A DNA stretch of 64,000 nucleotides from Candidatus Latescibacterota bacterium (GTDB lineage Bacteria > Latescibacterota > UBA2968 > GCA-2709665), in NCBI GenBank assembly GCA_965203805.1, contig OZ241917.1, forward strand, positions 2,624,001-2,688,000, read 5' to 3'. Each line of letters begins with the position of its first letter. Positions within the stretch are counted from its first letter, which is position 1. Made by a program: the position numbers and the translations under genes. Below are positions 36,033 to 45,382 of the stretch, piece by piece. The notes under the pieces were generated by a model, which was not told the DNA's origin, made no database searches, and saw only the letters and a list, made by a program, of their open reading frames with translations.

Positions 36033-37325
36033 TCACGTCTCACCAGGGGCCGGGCTGGATGGGTGCCGGTCCCGGGCTTCCTTTAACAGTGCGATAGCGC
36101 CTTCGCATATCCGGCCCTCGGATTCCATCTCCAGCGGCGCGAACAACACCTCGTCGCCGCCCTCCACGCGTGCGTGCGCCGTGGGCAGGTATCCGACCTC
36201 CGGGCACGGGTTGCACAACAGCAGAACCCTCTCGAATGCGGCGGCCTCCCGGATGGCGAACGCGGTCTCCACGAAGGGTTCGCCGGGAATGTGGATCAAC
36301 GCGCTGTTGCCGAAGACAATCGCATGAAAATCAAACGGACAGGACAGCCGGTCCCGGTAGGTCCGCGCCTGCCAGTATTCGTATCGCGCGAGCCCCTCAG
36401 AGGCGGCGGGGTTCGCCTCCCATTCCTTCCGCGCGGCTTCGACGTCCGCCACGGGCTGCCGTTCAATCTCGACTGTGCGCCTGAAGAGGCCCAGGTCCAC
36501 ATGGGTTCGCGGGGAGAGTCCGTCGTATATCTCCAGCGCCGTTCGGGCCAGCGACCTGCCGATACGTCCGCACGGGTCGTCCGTTTCCCGCACGGGATGG
36601 ACGTTGCCCAGCGCGCCCTGGATGAAGAGGCCGTCGATTCCTCTCTCGTCGAATCCGCCCACCACCACACCGGGGTAATCCGCCGAGACGTTGCCTCGGA
36701 AATCCCACAGGGCGAGCGCGTGACAACCGAAATTCGCGAGCGCGATCGACCGCCTGCCGTCCCGGTCGAACCGTACAACGCCTACCTGGGGATCCACCGC
36801 GTCATAGATCAGGTCGTCCGGCGGCCTGGCAAACTCCGTCAGTGAGACCATCCGCAGATTGCCCTGCTCATCATGCGCGCGGCGGTTGTACTGCAGGCCC
36901 TGCTCCGCGGCGCCTGTGCCGACCCCCACGCGGGCAGGCGCAGCGTCGTCCCGCGCCGTTCGGACGGCCTCCGCCGCCGCCCGGGCGTAACGCGCCTCGT
37001 TCCCGAATTCTTTCAATGCCTCCGTGGGCTGATTCACGTAAAACTGGAATAGTGTCGGCCCCGTACCCATATGGCTGGCGCCGGGGAGGATCCAGGCGGG
37101 ATCCACGTCGGTTTCCGCCAGGTCGGCCGCCATCATGTCGAAGCAGGTGTCATCGAACAGGAACAAATCCGCCGCCAGAAACGTGACCTGCCGGTCGCCC
37201 TGCCGGACGTGAAGCGCCCGGAAAAAGATGGGATCGTAGATTTCGAATGACTCGTGGGCGGGAGGCGTAATATCCACCTTGCCGAATCCCGCCAGCAACT
37301 GCCCGTCCGGGTTCGAATCGCTCAT
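36033..37325 (-). CDS. Neutral/alkaline ceramidase N-terminal-like hydrolase
   Basis: AGFGKVDITPP, ASHMGTGP, NRR, NFGCH, SADYPG, QGALGNV, IPGEPFVE, GYLPT. Confidence 0.75.
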   Translation of the reverse strand: MSDSNPDGQLLAGFGKVDITPPAHESFEIYDPIFFRALHVRQGDRQVTFLAADLFLFDDTCFDMMAADLAETDVDPAWILPGASHMGTGPTLFQFYVNQPTEALKEFGNEARYARAAAEAVRTARDDAAPARVGVGTGAAEQGLQYNRRAHDEQGNLRMVSLTEFARPPDDLIYDAVDPQVGVVRFDRDGRRSIALANFGCHALALWDFRGNVSADYPGVVVGGFDERGIDGLFIQGALGNVHPVRETDDPCGRIGRSLARTALEIYDGLSPRTHVDLGLFRRTVEIERQPVADVEAARKEWEANPAASEGLARYEYWQARTYRDRLSCPFDFHAIVFGNSALIHIPGEPFVETAFAIREAAAFERVLLLCNPCPEVGYLPTAHARVEGGDEVLFAPLEMESEGRICEGAIALLKEARDRHPSSPAPGET

Positions 37326-37643
37326 CGATGATTTCCTCTTCGCTGAACCGTCCGTTTCCGTAACCCCTTTTTTGCGGCCGTTCTCCGGATACCGGGTGGC
37401 GGGCCGCTGCCCGCGTCTCATCATAACACCGGCGCCATTTGCTGTCAAGCCGGGATCGGGCGGGGTGGAGCGGTCGCGTCACGGTCCATGGAACGCAGAT
37501 GACGCAAGCGGCTTGACAACGCTTTGTCAACTGGTTATCATGGACGTGATAGACAGGCCCCGTTGGCGAGGTCTTTCATCTCTCGCGTCGGCGATCGGTC
37601 TCAACGAAACGAAGAAGTCCGAATGCAGCCTGGAGTCCCGATC

Positions 37644-37937
37644 ATGGCCGAAACGCCCGAATCTCAAGCCGCATCGGCACCGGACAATACACACTGGGGG
37701 GTCGCCTATCTGCGCGAAGACCTGCATGACCTGCGCCAGCAGATGCGCGACGACGTCAAAGACCTTCGCCAGCAGATCGCCGAGACCAATAAGCGAATTG
37801 ACGAGACAGATCGGCCCATTGACGAATCCAACAAGCGTACCGGCGAGACGAAGAAACTCATTGACTCCAGTTTCGCCGCGCTGATTACGACGATGGTGGC
37901 ACTGACGGGCATTCTCATTGCCGTGATCAAGCTCTGA
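37644..37937 (+). CDS. Small coiled-coil protein with C-terminal membrane anchor
   Basis: Heptad-like LRQQ/ETNKRID repeats, then hydrophobic tail LITTMVALTGILIAVIKL. GGAG RBS upstream. Confidence 0.65.
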   Translation: MAETPESQAASAPDNTHWGVAYLREDLHDLRQQMRDDVKDLRQQIAETNKRIDETDRPIDESNKRTGETKKLIDSSFAALITTMVALTGILIAVIKL

Positions 37938-38246
37938 AAAATACCCATTCTCGGCTATTTTTACGTTCTGCGTACTGTTTTTCTCCTGTATATGGCGTTG
38001 CCTGGGTAACTGATTAACGGGTCAGGTCGAATCCGGATCGATCTGATCAACTCCTGCACATCCGATGGACTCGATTTCAAGACGGGACAACACACTACAT
38101 GAGTGCATTGTCCCGTTTTTGGTGTCCGGCGCGTATATTTGACATACGCATCGTGGACCGGAAACGCGTCGTTCCGATTCGCCGGAGATTGGCCGGCGCC
38201 GCGTTGTGGCATGAATTGGTCTGCGAAGCGGAAAGGCAGATTTAAG

Positions 38247-41200
38247 ATGTTTGAACTCCTGGCCGCCACCCTTTCGCCGGACGTTCTGACGGGCGTCGTT
38301 TTCTTCTTCGTCATTGCGGTGTTTCCCCGGCCCGCACCTGCGTCGGGCGAACGCACGTATTATACGGACGCCCGGATGGACGTGGTCCGGCACAACCTGG
38401 AGCATTATGATTGGGCGCAGGAGCATCGCTCTGGGATCTTAGAGAAAGCGGAGCATTGGGCCGGCTACGACGACGCGAAGCTGCGCACGCTCGTGTCGCC
38501 GCCCCAGGTACCGCGGGGATACCAGGTTCACAACGACGGGTGCCCGGTACACGGGGTCAAAGTCCATGAGCAGGGGCTGTACAGGTGGATTATCGACTTC
38601 GACCGCCCGTATAAAGTGACGTGTCCCGTGGGTGGAGAAACCTATCCCTCGAACGACTTCGAGGCGTTTCTGGCCACGGACATGAAAGACAGGTCGCTGC
38701 TGACCGGTCCGTACGCCGACGACGGATGGGGGTGGCATCGTCCCGGAGACCCGGTTCCGGCGAACTACTGGTTCGTCGCCTATTACGCACACTGGAGCAT
38801 GATGCGCTTCCTGATGGAGGCGATTGAAGTCCTGGGCCAGGCGACCGTACTTGCGGACGATGGCGACGGTGCGAAACGGTACGCGCACAAATGTGCGCTG
38901 CTGCTGTGGCAGCTTGCGGAATACTATCCGGACTACAAATACGAAATCCAGTCCAGGGAGTCGAAGGAGCACAATCCCGAGTACACGGGAAAGTTGTTCA
39001 ATAGGATCTGGGCAACGCGCCCCCCGCACACCTGCGCGATCGCGTACGACGCGGTGCGCCCCTATCTGGACGCCGACGTCGAGCTCCACCGTTTGGCAGA
39101 CAAGACAGGTCCCGAGATCGACGCGACAATGCGCGAACGTCTGCTCCTGGAAGCGGCCAGGTGCATTATGGACGCGCCCGGCGGGCGTATCAGGGGCAAC
39201 TACGGAATGCATCAGAAGGCGCTGTTGACGCTTTCCCAGGTACTTGCGACCTCCAGCGGTCGTCCGCGCAGCGAAGAGATGGTCCGCTACGTTCTGGCGA
39301 ACCCGAGTCCCTTCATGGATACCGATATGGGATTGCGGGACGCGCTTGAGAACCTGGTGTACCGCGACGGAATGCCGCATGAGTCGCTCTCATACAATCG
39401 AATCTGGGTGCACGACTTGACGGAACTGGCTGCGCAGATGGTGGATTCGGGTGTGAACCTGTTCGAACATCCGCGGTACAGGAAACTGGTGACCTGGACG
39501 TTCGACGTTTGCATCGCGGGGAAGTTCACCCCGTCCACCGGAGATTCCGGGGACATGTTCGCATACGGCGGCGCATGGGAGCCGGCCGTCTGCCAGCTCG
39601 CGCTTCCGTACGTGAACGACGCCCGCCTGGCGTGGGTCCTGAAGACGCAGCCGGGCGTCCGGCAGGACCTGTTCAGCAAACCGGTAGAGGCGCAGCATTC
39701 GGTAATTCAGGAAGGCGAAGGACCGGAGATCGGTCTGCGGTCGTTGCATTTTCCGGCGTACGGCATGGCCAATCTGCAATGCGGCGACGAAACGAACCGG
39801 TCGGCCGTTTCGTTCTTTTACGGAGACCACCAGGCGCACCGGCATTTCGACCAGCTGAACATCCTGCTGTTCTCTCACGACAACGCGCTGCTGACCGATA
39901 TCGGGTACCCGGAACAGACGGACGCCTTCAATCACCGGCTCGCCGGTTTTTTCACCAATACCGTGGCGCACAATACGGTCGTGGTGGATGAAATGAGGCA
40001 GGGACGCGGCCCCGGACGCCTGCACGGGCTGATTGCGGAGGGTTTCGCGCAGGTCGTGGACGCGTCCTGCGAGGGGACCTATGACGGAAGGGTCGACGTC
40101 TACCGCCGTGCGAACATGCTTGTTGACGCGGCGCCCGGGCAGCACTACCTGTTCGACGTGTTCCATGTAAAAGGGGGCAGGCAGCACGACTACATGCTTC
40201 ACGGCAACCAGGCCGAGTTCGACTGCCTGCCGGCGCTTGGGCCGGTCAGGGAACGGGGCACGCTGGCCGGTGAGGACGTGCCCTACGAACAGTTTTACGA
40301 CGATCCCGAGTTGAGAGACAAGCGGTTGTCCAGCGTGCCGTACAGGGGTTACCGCGGCAGCGGCTACCAGTTTCTGTACAACGTTCAGGAAGGACGATTG
40401 AACGGGGAGGCAACCGCCGAATGGCGCCTGACGGAACCCCTCGAAGGCCAGCCGGAACGCCCATGGCGGGGGATTGGACTTCGAGCCCATCTCATGGGAA
40501 GAGACGAGGCGTTGTTCGCATACGACGGACCGGTACAGAAATACGAGTACCTGCCCGAAAGCGTCAAGTTTCTTGTGCGCAGGCGAGCCGGCGCCGATCT
40601 CTCCAGCATGTTCGCCACGGTGTTCGAACCCTACAGGGACAGGACATGGATCCGGCGTGCGACACGGTTGCAGTTGACCGCGGAGGACTTCGGGGCGGCC
40701 GCGGTCCGCGTGGACCTGGAAGACGGGAGCATTCATTATCTGTTTCATGCCCTCGACGCAGACCGGGAATATTCGACGGAGAACGGGATCAGCGTTTCGG
40801 GACAGGCGGCATTTCTCGCGCTCGATGAAGAGGGACGCCCGGTCCGGGCGATGTTGTTCAACGGCAGGACGTTGTCAACGGGCGGATTCAGACTGGACGG
40901 AACGGGGACGCGCCGGAGCACAATCGCCTCCGTGGATTACACGCGGGGCACAATCGAACTCAACGAACCCGTGATCGGCGACGACCTCGCTGCGGGGCAG
41001 GCCGTACCGGTCGTCTCGGACGGGTATTCCGACTGCGTGACGCTGACGAGAGCGATGGATCGACGGCGGTTTTCCATCGGCGACGAAGACGTACGGGTCG
41101 CGGGCGGACCCGTGTCGGGCGTGCAGGCGGACCGCCTTTTCTCCAGCGCGTCCAATCCGCATGCGCACGAGGGGATGACCCTGCTGAACAGCGCGGGGGA

Positions 41201-41387
41201 ACCGCAGGGCAGGTTGGCCGCAAGAGTGGACGGCGGCTGGCGGATTGATCGCGAGGGCCGAGGACCGATGACATTGGAACACTTCCCCGTGGCCGACGGC
41301 GATCCCGGACCCCGGTATACGGTTGCGATGGTGGGCGCGGGCGATCGGCTGGAGATTCCGAACCTGGTCATTTTCCCGGATGGATGA
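38247..41387 (+). CDS. Heparinase II/III-like polysaccharide lyase family protein
   Basis: CPVHG...CPVGG.YPSNDF, DDGWG, GNYGMHQ, DG.PHES.SYN, HRHFDQLNI, TDIGYP, AHNTVVVD. Start uncertain (38103-38247). Confidence 0.78.
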   Translation: MFELLAATLSPDVLTGVVFFFVIAVFPRPAPASGERTYYTDARMDVVRHNLEHYDWAQEHRSGILEKAEHWAGYDDAKLRTLVSPPQVPRGYQVHNDGCPVHGVKVHEQGLYRWIIDFDRPYKVTCPVGGETYPSNDFEAFLATDMKDRSLLTGPYADDGWGWHRPGDPVPANYWFVAYYAHWSMMRFLMEAIEVLGQATVLADDGDGAKRYAHKCALLLWQLAEYYPDYKYEIQSRESKEHNPEYTGKLFNRIWATRPPHTCAIAYDAVRPYLDADVELHRLADKTGPEIDATMRERLLLEAARCIMDAPGGRIRGNYGMHQKALLTLSQVLATSSGRPRSEEMVRYVLANPSPFMDTDMGLRDALENLVYRDGMPHESLSYNRIWVHDLTELAAQMVDSGVNLFEHPRYRKLVTWTFDVCIAGKFTPSTGDSGDMFAYGGAWEPAVCQLALPYVNDARLAWVLKTQPGVRQDLFSKPVEAQHSVIQEGEGPEIGLRSLHFPAYGMANLQCGDETNRSAVSFFYGDHQAHRHFDQLNILLFSHDNALLTDIGYPEQTDAFNHRLAGFFTNTVAHNTVVVDEMRQGRGPGRLHGLIAEGFAQVVDASCEGTYDGRVDVYRRANMLVDAAPGQHYLFDVFHVKGGRQHDYMLHGNQAEFDCLPALGPVRERGTLAGEDVPYEQFYDDPELRDKRLSSVPYRGYRGSGYQFLYNVQEGRLNGEATAEWRLTEPLEGQPERPWRGIGLRAHLMGRDEALFAYDGPVQKYEYLPESVKFLVRRRAGADLSSMFATVFEPYRDRTWIRRATRLQLTAEDFGAAAVRVDLEDGSIHYLFHALDADREYSTENGISVSGQAAFLALDEEGRPVRAMLFNGRTLSTGGFRLDGTGTRRSTIASVDYTRGTIELNEPVIGDDLAAGQAVPVVSDGYSDCVTLTRAMDRRRFSIGDEDVRVAGGPVSGVQADRLFSSASNPHAHEGMTLLNSAGEPQGRLAARVDGGWRIDREGRGPMTLEHFPVADGDPGPRYTVAMVGAGDRLEIPNLVIFPDG

Positions 41388-42384
41388 AAAACAGAAAACG
41401 ATCGCCGCGCTCCGTGAGGTACGCCGAAAGGGAACGGCATGGCTGCTGGATCATGTGAATGCGGATGGCTCCCTCGGCGATCCGGCGGAAGGATTCCATT
41501 TCTACCGGGCGCCGTGGACGTTTACCATCGCCGGCGAAACCGCAGCGGCAGCGGGAATCTGCAACTGGATCCGGCGGGAGATGTTGACCGGGGAGGGCAC
41601 GATTGAAGGACCGTATCGCGTCTTCGACGACGCGTACGCGTACCGGAATGCCACCCTGATCGCCGGCGCGCATCTCGCGCGGCAGTACGATCTGAGCCAC
41701 GGTCTGATGCGGGATCTCCTGTCGTGGCAGGATCGGGCATCCGGCGGTTTTCACAACGACCGGACGGCCGACGGCGGCATGAGCGACCGCATGGATATAC
41801 CATACGCGTGCGGTCCGGGGCTGGCGTGCCTGGCGACGGGACGCCTGGACATCGCGCGAACGGTTCATGGGTTTCTGCGGCGGATGTACTCGGCGCAGAC
41901 GGAGCTGCCCGACCGGTTCTGCTACGCCTGGTCGTGCGAGGATGGCGGCGCGATCACGGAATTCCCGGAAAACGAAGCCTTCTGGCACGTGGTGGAAAAC
42001 CGCTTGGACCGGCCGCAACGCTGGACCGTGGGGGGCATCGCAGCCGGGTTTCTGTGCAGGTTGTACCTGGCGGACCCGCGCGCCGAAACCCTGGCGCTCG
42101 CCCGGAAGTACCAGGCTTTTTCGATGGCGGCGACGGACGCACAGTTCAAGTACGCGCAGGCCTGCAAGAGCAGCTGGGGCGGCGCGCTTCTGTATCAGGT
42201 GACCGGCGAACGGGAGTACCTGGACTGGTCAATTCGCATGGCCGATTGGTACATGCAGACCCAGCGGAGCGATGGGTGCTGGCACTGGGAGGGTTACCTG
42301 ACATTGGGGTCGCGAATCGAACTGACGCTGGAGTTTGTGATGCACGTGGACACGCTGATCGGCGGTCTGGCGGCCAGGAAGTGA
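41380..42384 (+). CDS. Hypothetical protein (possible alpha/alpha-barrel)
   Basis: Overlaps the upstream stop; repeated W..Q..DG.W/F-like motifs. Confidence 0.65.
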   Translation: MDEKQKTIAALREVRRKGTAWLLDHVNADGSLGDPAEGFHFYRAPWTFTIAGETAAAAGICNWIRREMLTGEGTIEGPYRVFDDAYAYRNATLIAGAHLARQYDLSHGLMRDLLSWQDRASGGFHNDRTADGGMSDRMDIPYACGPGLACLATGRLDIARTVHGFLRRMYSAQTELPDRFCYAWSCEDGGAITEFPENEAFWHVVENRLDRPQRWTVGGIAAGFLCRLYLADPRAETLALARKYQAFSMAATDAQFKYAQACKSSWGGALLYQVTGEREYLDWSIRMADWYMQTQRSDGCWHWEGYLTLGSRIELTLEFVMHVDTLIGGLAARK

Positions 42385-42396
42385 GGAGGATGCTTC

Positions 42397-43410
42397 GTGC
42401 GTGTTCTTGTGACCGGGGCGACCGGTCGAATCGGTCGGCACCTCACGCGCGCACTGATGGCAAAGGGGCACGAGGTTCGGGCGCTGGTGATGCCGAACGA
42501 CCGCGGGGCGGCGTGTCCGCCACCCCGCGTCGAGGTCGTATACGGGCGTCTCGAGGCGCCCACCTCGCTTGGAACCGCCGTCGATGGCGTGGACGCCGTG
42601 TTCCACCTGGCCGGCGCGCTGACGTCGCGAGGACGTCCCGAGGAAGAATTCGTCCGGGTGAACGTCGAGGGCACGTATCATTTGCTGAAAGCAATCCGCG
42701 ACCGGGCGCGTTTGCCGGCTCACTTCGTTTACGCCAGCAGCGACGCCGTCTATTTCGAAGGACAGGACGCGGACGCCCGGTACCTGCCCGTGGATGAAGA
42801 CCATCCCCGGCTTTCCGGAACGGTTTACGGCGCCAGCAAGATCGGCGCGGAGGAACTCTGCCTGAGCTTCAGCCGCGGCTTTGGGATCCCGGTGACGATC
42901 CTGCGATTCGGCGCAACGGCGGACGCCGCGGAACTCATCGATCCGAAGAGTGTATTCGCGCGCTGGTTGTTTCTGAACGCGGCGATTGAACACGCCAGGA
43001 CATCGGCTGCGGAGAACGGCGCGCGGTCGAAGACGCTGGCGGCGTTGGCAGCACTGCATTCCGGACGGGAACAGCTGGTCGTTTTGGCCGATCGCCGCGG
43101 CAACGCCGAAGTCCGACAGTGGGCGGATGCGCGCGATATCGCCGCGGGGTGTATCCGCGTACTGGGAACAACAGCGGCGGTGGGACAGGTATTCAATCTC
43201 GGAGGGCGCGGTCCGCACAGCGCCGGGGAGTTCGTAGAGTTCCTTGCCGCGCGATTGGAATTGCCGCACGTCACGGCCTGTATTCCAACCGCGCGAAGGC
43301 CGTGGTATATCACCAGCGACAAAGCGAAACGACTGCTGGGCTATGAAGCCCGTTACACGGTGTACGATATGGTGGACGACGCAATTCGGATGCGGGAGGC
43401 CTCGCTGTGA
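42397..43410 (+). CDS. NAD-dependent epimerase/dehydratase
   Basis: VLVTGATGRIG, VFHLAG, NVEGT, YGASK. Confidence 0.9.
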   Translation: MRVLVTGATGRIGRHLTRALMAKGHEVRALVMPNDRGAACPPPRVEVVYGRLEAPTSLGTAVDGVDAVFHLAGALTSRGRPEEEFVRVNVEGTYHLLKAIRDRARLPAHFVYASSDAVYFEGQDADARYLPVDEDHPRLSGTVYGASKIGAEELCLSFSRGFGIPVTILRFGATADAAELIDPKSVFARWLFLNAAIEHARTSAAENGARSKTLAALAALHSGREQLVVLADRRGNAEVRQWADARDIAAGCIRVLGTTAAVGQVFNLGGRGPHSAGEFVEFLAARLELPHVTACIPTARRPWYITSDKAKRLLGYEARYTVYDMVDDAIRMREASL

Positions 43411-44177
43411 CGCTTGCGTGCTGCGTATGGGCGATTGAGGGGTCCGAAAACGGGATCCTGTCGCGCGCGGCCTCGCTGGGGTTCGAGTGGATCGACGTGC
43501 GGCCGTTCGCGTTTTCATCGGCGGAAGCCCGCCTGTGGATCGGGGAACACGGACTCTCGGTGTCCTGCGTCGCGGCATCCTTCGGCGTACCGGAAGACGC
43601 GCTACTGGGCAGTACCGACCCGGAATCCGCGACAAGGGCCGCAAGCTGTCTCGATCGCGCGCTGGACTTCGCCGCCGGCCACGGCGCGACCGCGGCGTAC
43701 GTTGTTCCGGAACGGGACCCGATGCTTCTGGACCGCTATGCGCCGAAACTGGCGGAGGCGGCCGGACGGGCCGGAGAACTGGGCGTTCGGTTGTGCGTGG
43801 AACACTTCCCGGACAGCGCGCTGCCCACCGCCTGCGAAACGATCGCGTTCCTGCGGGACGTGGGCCATCCGAATCTTTTCCTCCTGCTGGATATCGGTCA
43901 CGCACAGATGTCCGGAGAAAATCCGGCAGCGGTCATTTCCGACGCAGGATCCATGCTGGGTTACGTCCATCTGGACGACAATGACGGATCGCGCGATTTA
44001 CACCTGGCGTTGACGGACGGCGTGCTGACCGAGGCGGCACTGGGCGATGCCGTCGCCGCGTTGAGGGATATCGGCTATCGCGGCGCATTGAGCCTGGAGC
44101 TGAATCCGGAACTGCCGGATCCCGCCGATGCGCTCAGGCGCAGCCGGGAGATCGCCCTTCGGGCGATTCATGGATAG
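43407..44177 (+). CDS. Sugar phosphate isomerase/epimerase
   Basis: CVEHFP, LLDIGH, YVHLDDNDG..DLH, LSLEL. GTGA overlap with the upstream gene. Confidence 0.85.
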   Translation: MTLACCVWAIEGSENGILSRAASLGFEWIDVRPFAFSSAEARLWIGEHGLSVSCVAASFGVPEDALLGSTDPESATRAASCLDRALDFAAGHGATAAYVVPERDPMLLDRYAPKLAEAAGRAGELGVRLCVEHFPDSALPTACETIAFLRDVGHPNLFLLLDIGHAQMSGENPAAVISDAGSMLGYVHLDDNDGSRDLHLALTDGVLTEAALGDAVAALRDIGYRGALSLELNPELPDPADALRRSREIALRAIHG

Positions 44178-44250
44178 CCTCTGCATCCCGGCGAGACGCA
44201 GATGAAAAGAGGGAATCATATCGGGTACAACTACCGGGAGGAAGGGCCGA

Positions 44251-45357
44251 ATGCGGATTGAGAGTACGAAAGTCTACATGTATCGAGTGGGGATTACCGG
44301 TAACGTCGCGCCTTTCGAGGCGTACAGAAACCTGGCGCTCGAAGCGCTGAGAATTGCCAGTTTCACGCTCCCGGAAGAGGGGAAAGTACTGCTCAAGCCC
44401 AATGCGACTGTGCTGTTTCCCGCAGAAAAACGAATCGTGACCCACCCCGGCTTCCTGGCGGGCATGGCCGACGCGCTCGTGGAGAAAGGCGTCGACGCCC
44501 GCCGGCTGGTGGTCGCGGACGGACAGTCCGGCGAGCAGCCCGAAGCCGGCAATACGTGGCGTGGCGCCGGGTACACGAAGATGGCGGACGACAGAAAGCT
44601 GGCGTTGACCGAATTGAACGACCGGCCGAGCAGGTCGGTCCCTGTGCCCGGCGGCGAGGTATTTGAGGCCTATCCGATCTATCGGGACGTGACGGACTGC
44701 GCGTTCTTTTTCAACGTGCCGCTGGCAAAGTGCCACAACCTGGGATGTACGACGCTGGCCATCAAGAACCTGATGGGAATCCTGGCGCGGCCGGAGCGCC
44801 ATCTGTGTCATATTCAGGAAGTCGACCGGCCGTATGAAAGCGAAATCTGGAGGTTGACCGGCAGCGGACTGAGTCTTTTCGAGGACCGGTTCTACCACAA
44901 ATTGTGCGACCTGGTGGCCGCCCTGCGCTCCCTGAATATCCCGCGGCTCTGCATGGTCGACGGGCTCGTCGGACGAGATGGAACCGCGTTCAACGAGGGG
45001 GAGAATTATCCGCTTGGGTGGACGTTGATCGGCGAGAACGAGGTGCACGTCGATGCCGTTGCGACCTATCTGATGGGACTGGATCCCGGGAAAACGCCCT
45101 ATCTGAAATTCGCCGCCGCGCGCGGCCTGGGCTGCAGCCGGGTTGAAGAGATCGAAGTGGTGGACCTGGCCGGCGGTGAATCCATGGATATGCAGACGCT
45201 GGCGGACGTCCGATCGGGCAAGATCCTGATGCCTATCGCGCGTTGCGAGGGCGGCTATTACAATCGCTATCGGGCCGACGGTTCCGTCGTTCCCTGGCGG
45301 ATTGACGACGTAAATCAACAGAGGCTTGCCGACGGCCTCGATGCGATTGCCGTGTAG
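44251..45357 (+). CDS. DUF362-domain protein
   Basis: VLLKPN, VTHP, NVP.AKCH, TLAIKNLMG, VDG, VDAVA..LMG.DP. Confidence 0.85.
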   Translation: MRIESTKVYMYRVGITGNVAPFEAYRNLALEALRIASFTLPEEGKVLLKPNATVLFPAEKRIVTHPGFLAGMADALVEKGVDARRLVVADGQSGEQPEAGNTWRGAGYTKMADDRKLALTELNDRPSRSVPVPGGEVFEAYPIYRDVTDCAFFFNVPLAKCHNLGCTTLAIKNLMGILARPERHLCHIQEVDRPYESEIWRLTGSGLSLFEDRFYHKLCDLVAALRSLNIPRLCMVDGLVGRDGTAFNEGENYPLGWTLIGENEVHVDAVATYLMGLDPGKTPYLKFAAARGLGCSRVEEIEVVDLAGGESMDMQTLADVRSGKILMPIARCEGGYYNRYRADGSVVPWRIDDVNQQRLADGLDAIAV

Positions 45358-45382
45358 CGTAAGGAACTGCAGCGAGAAAAGG

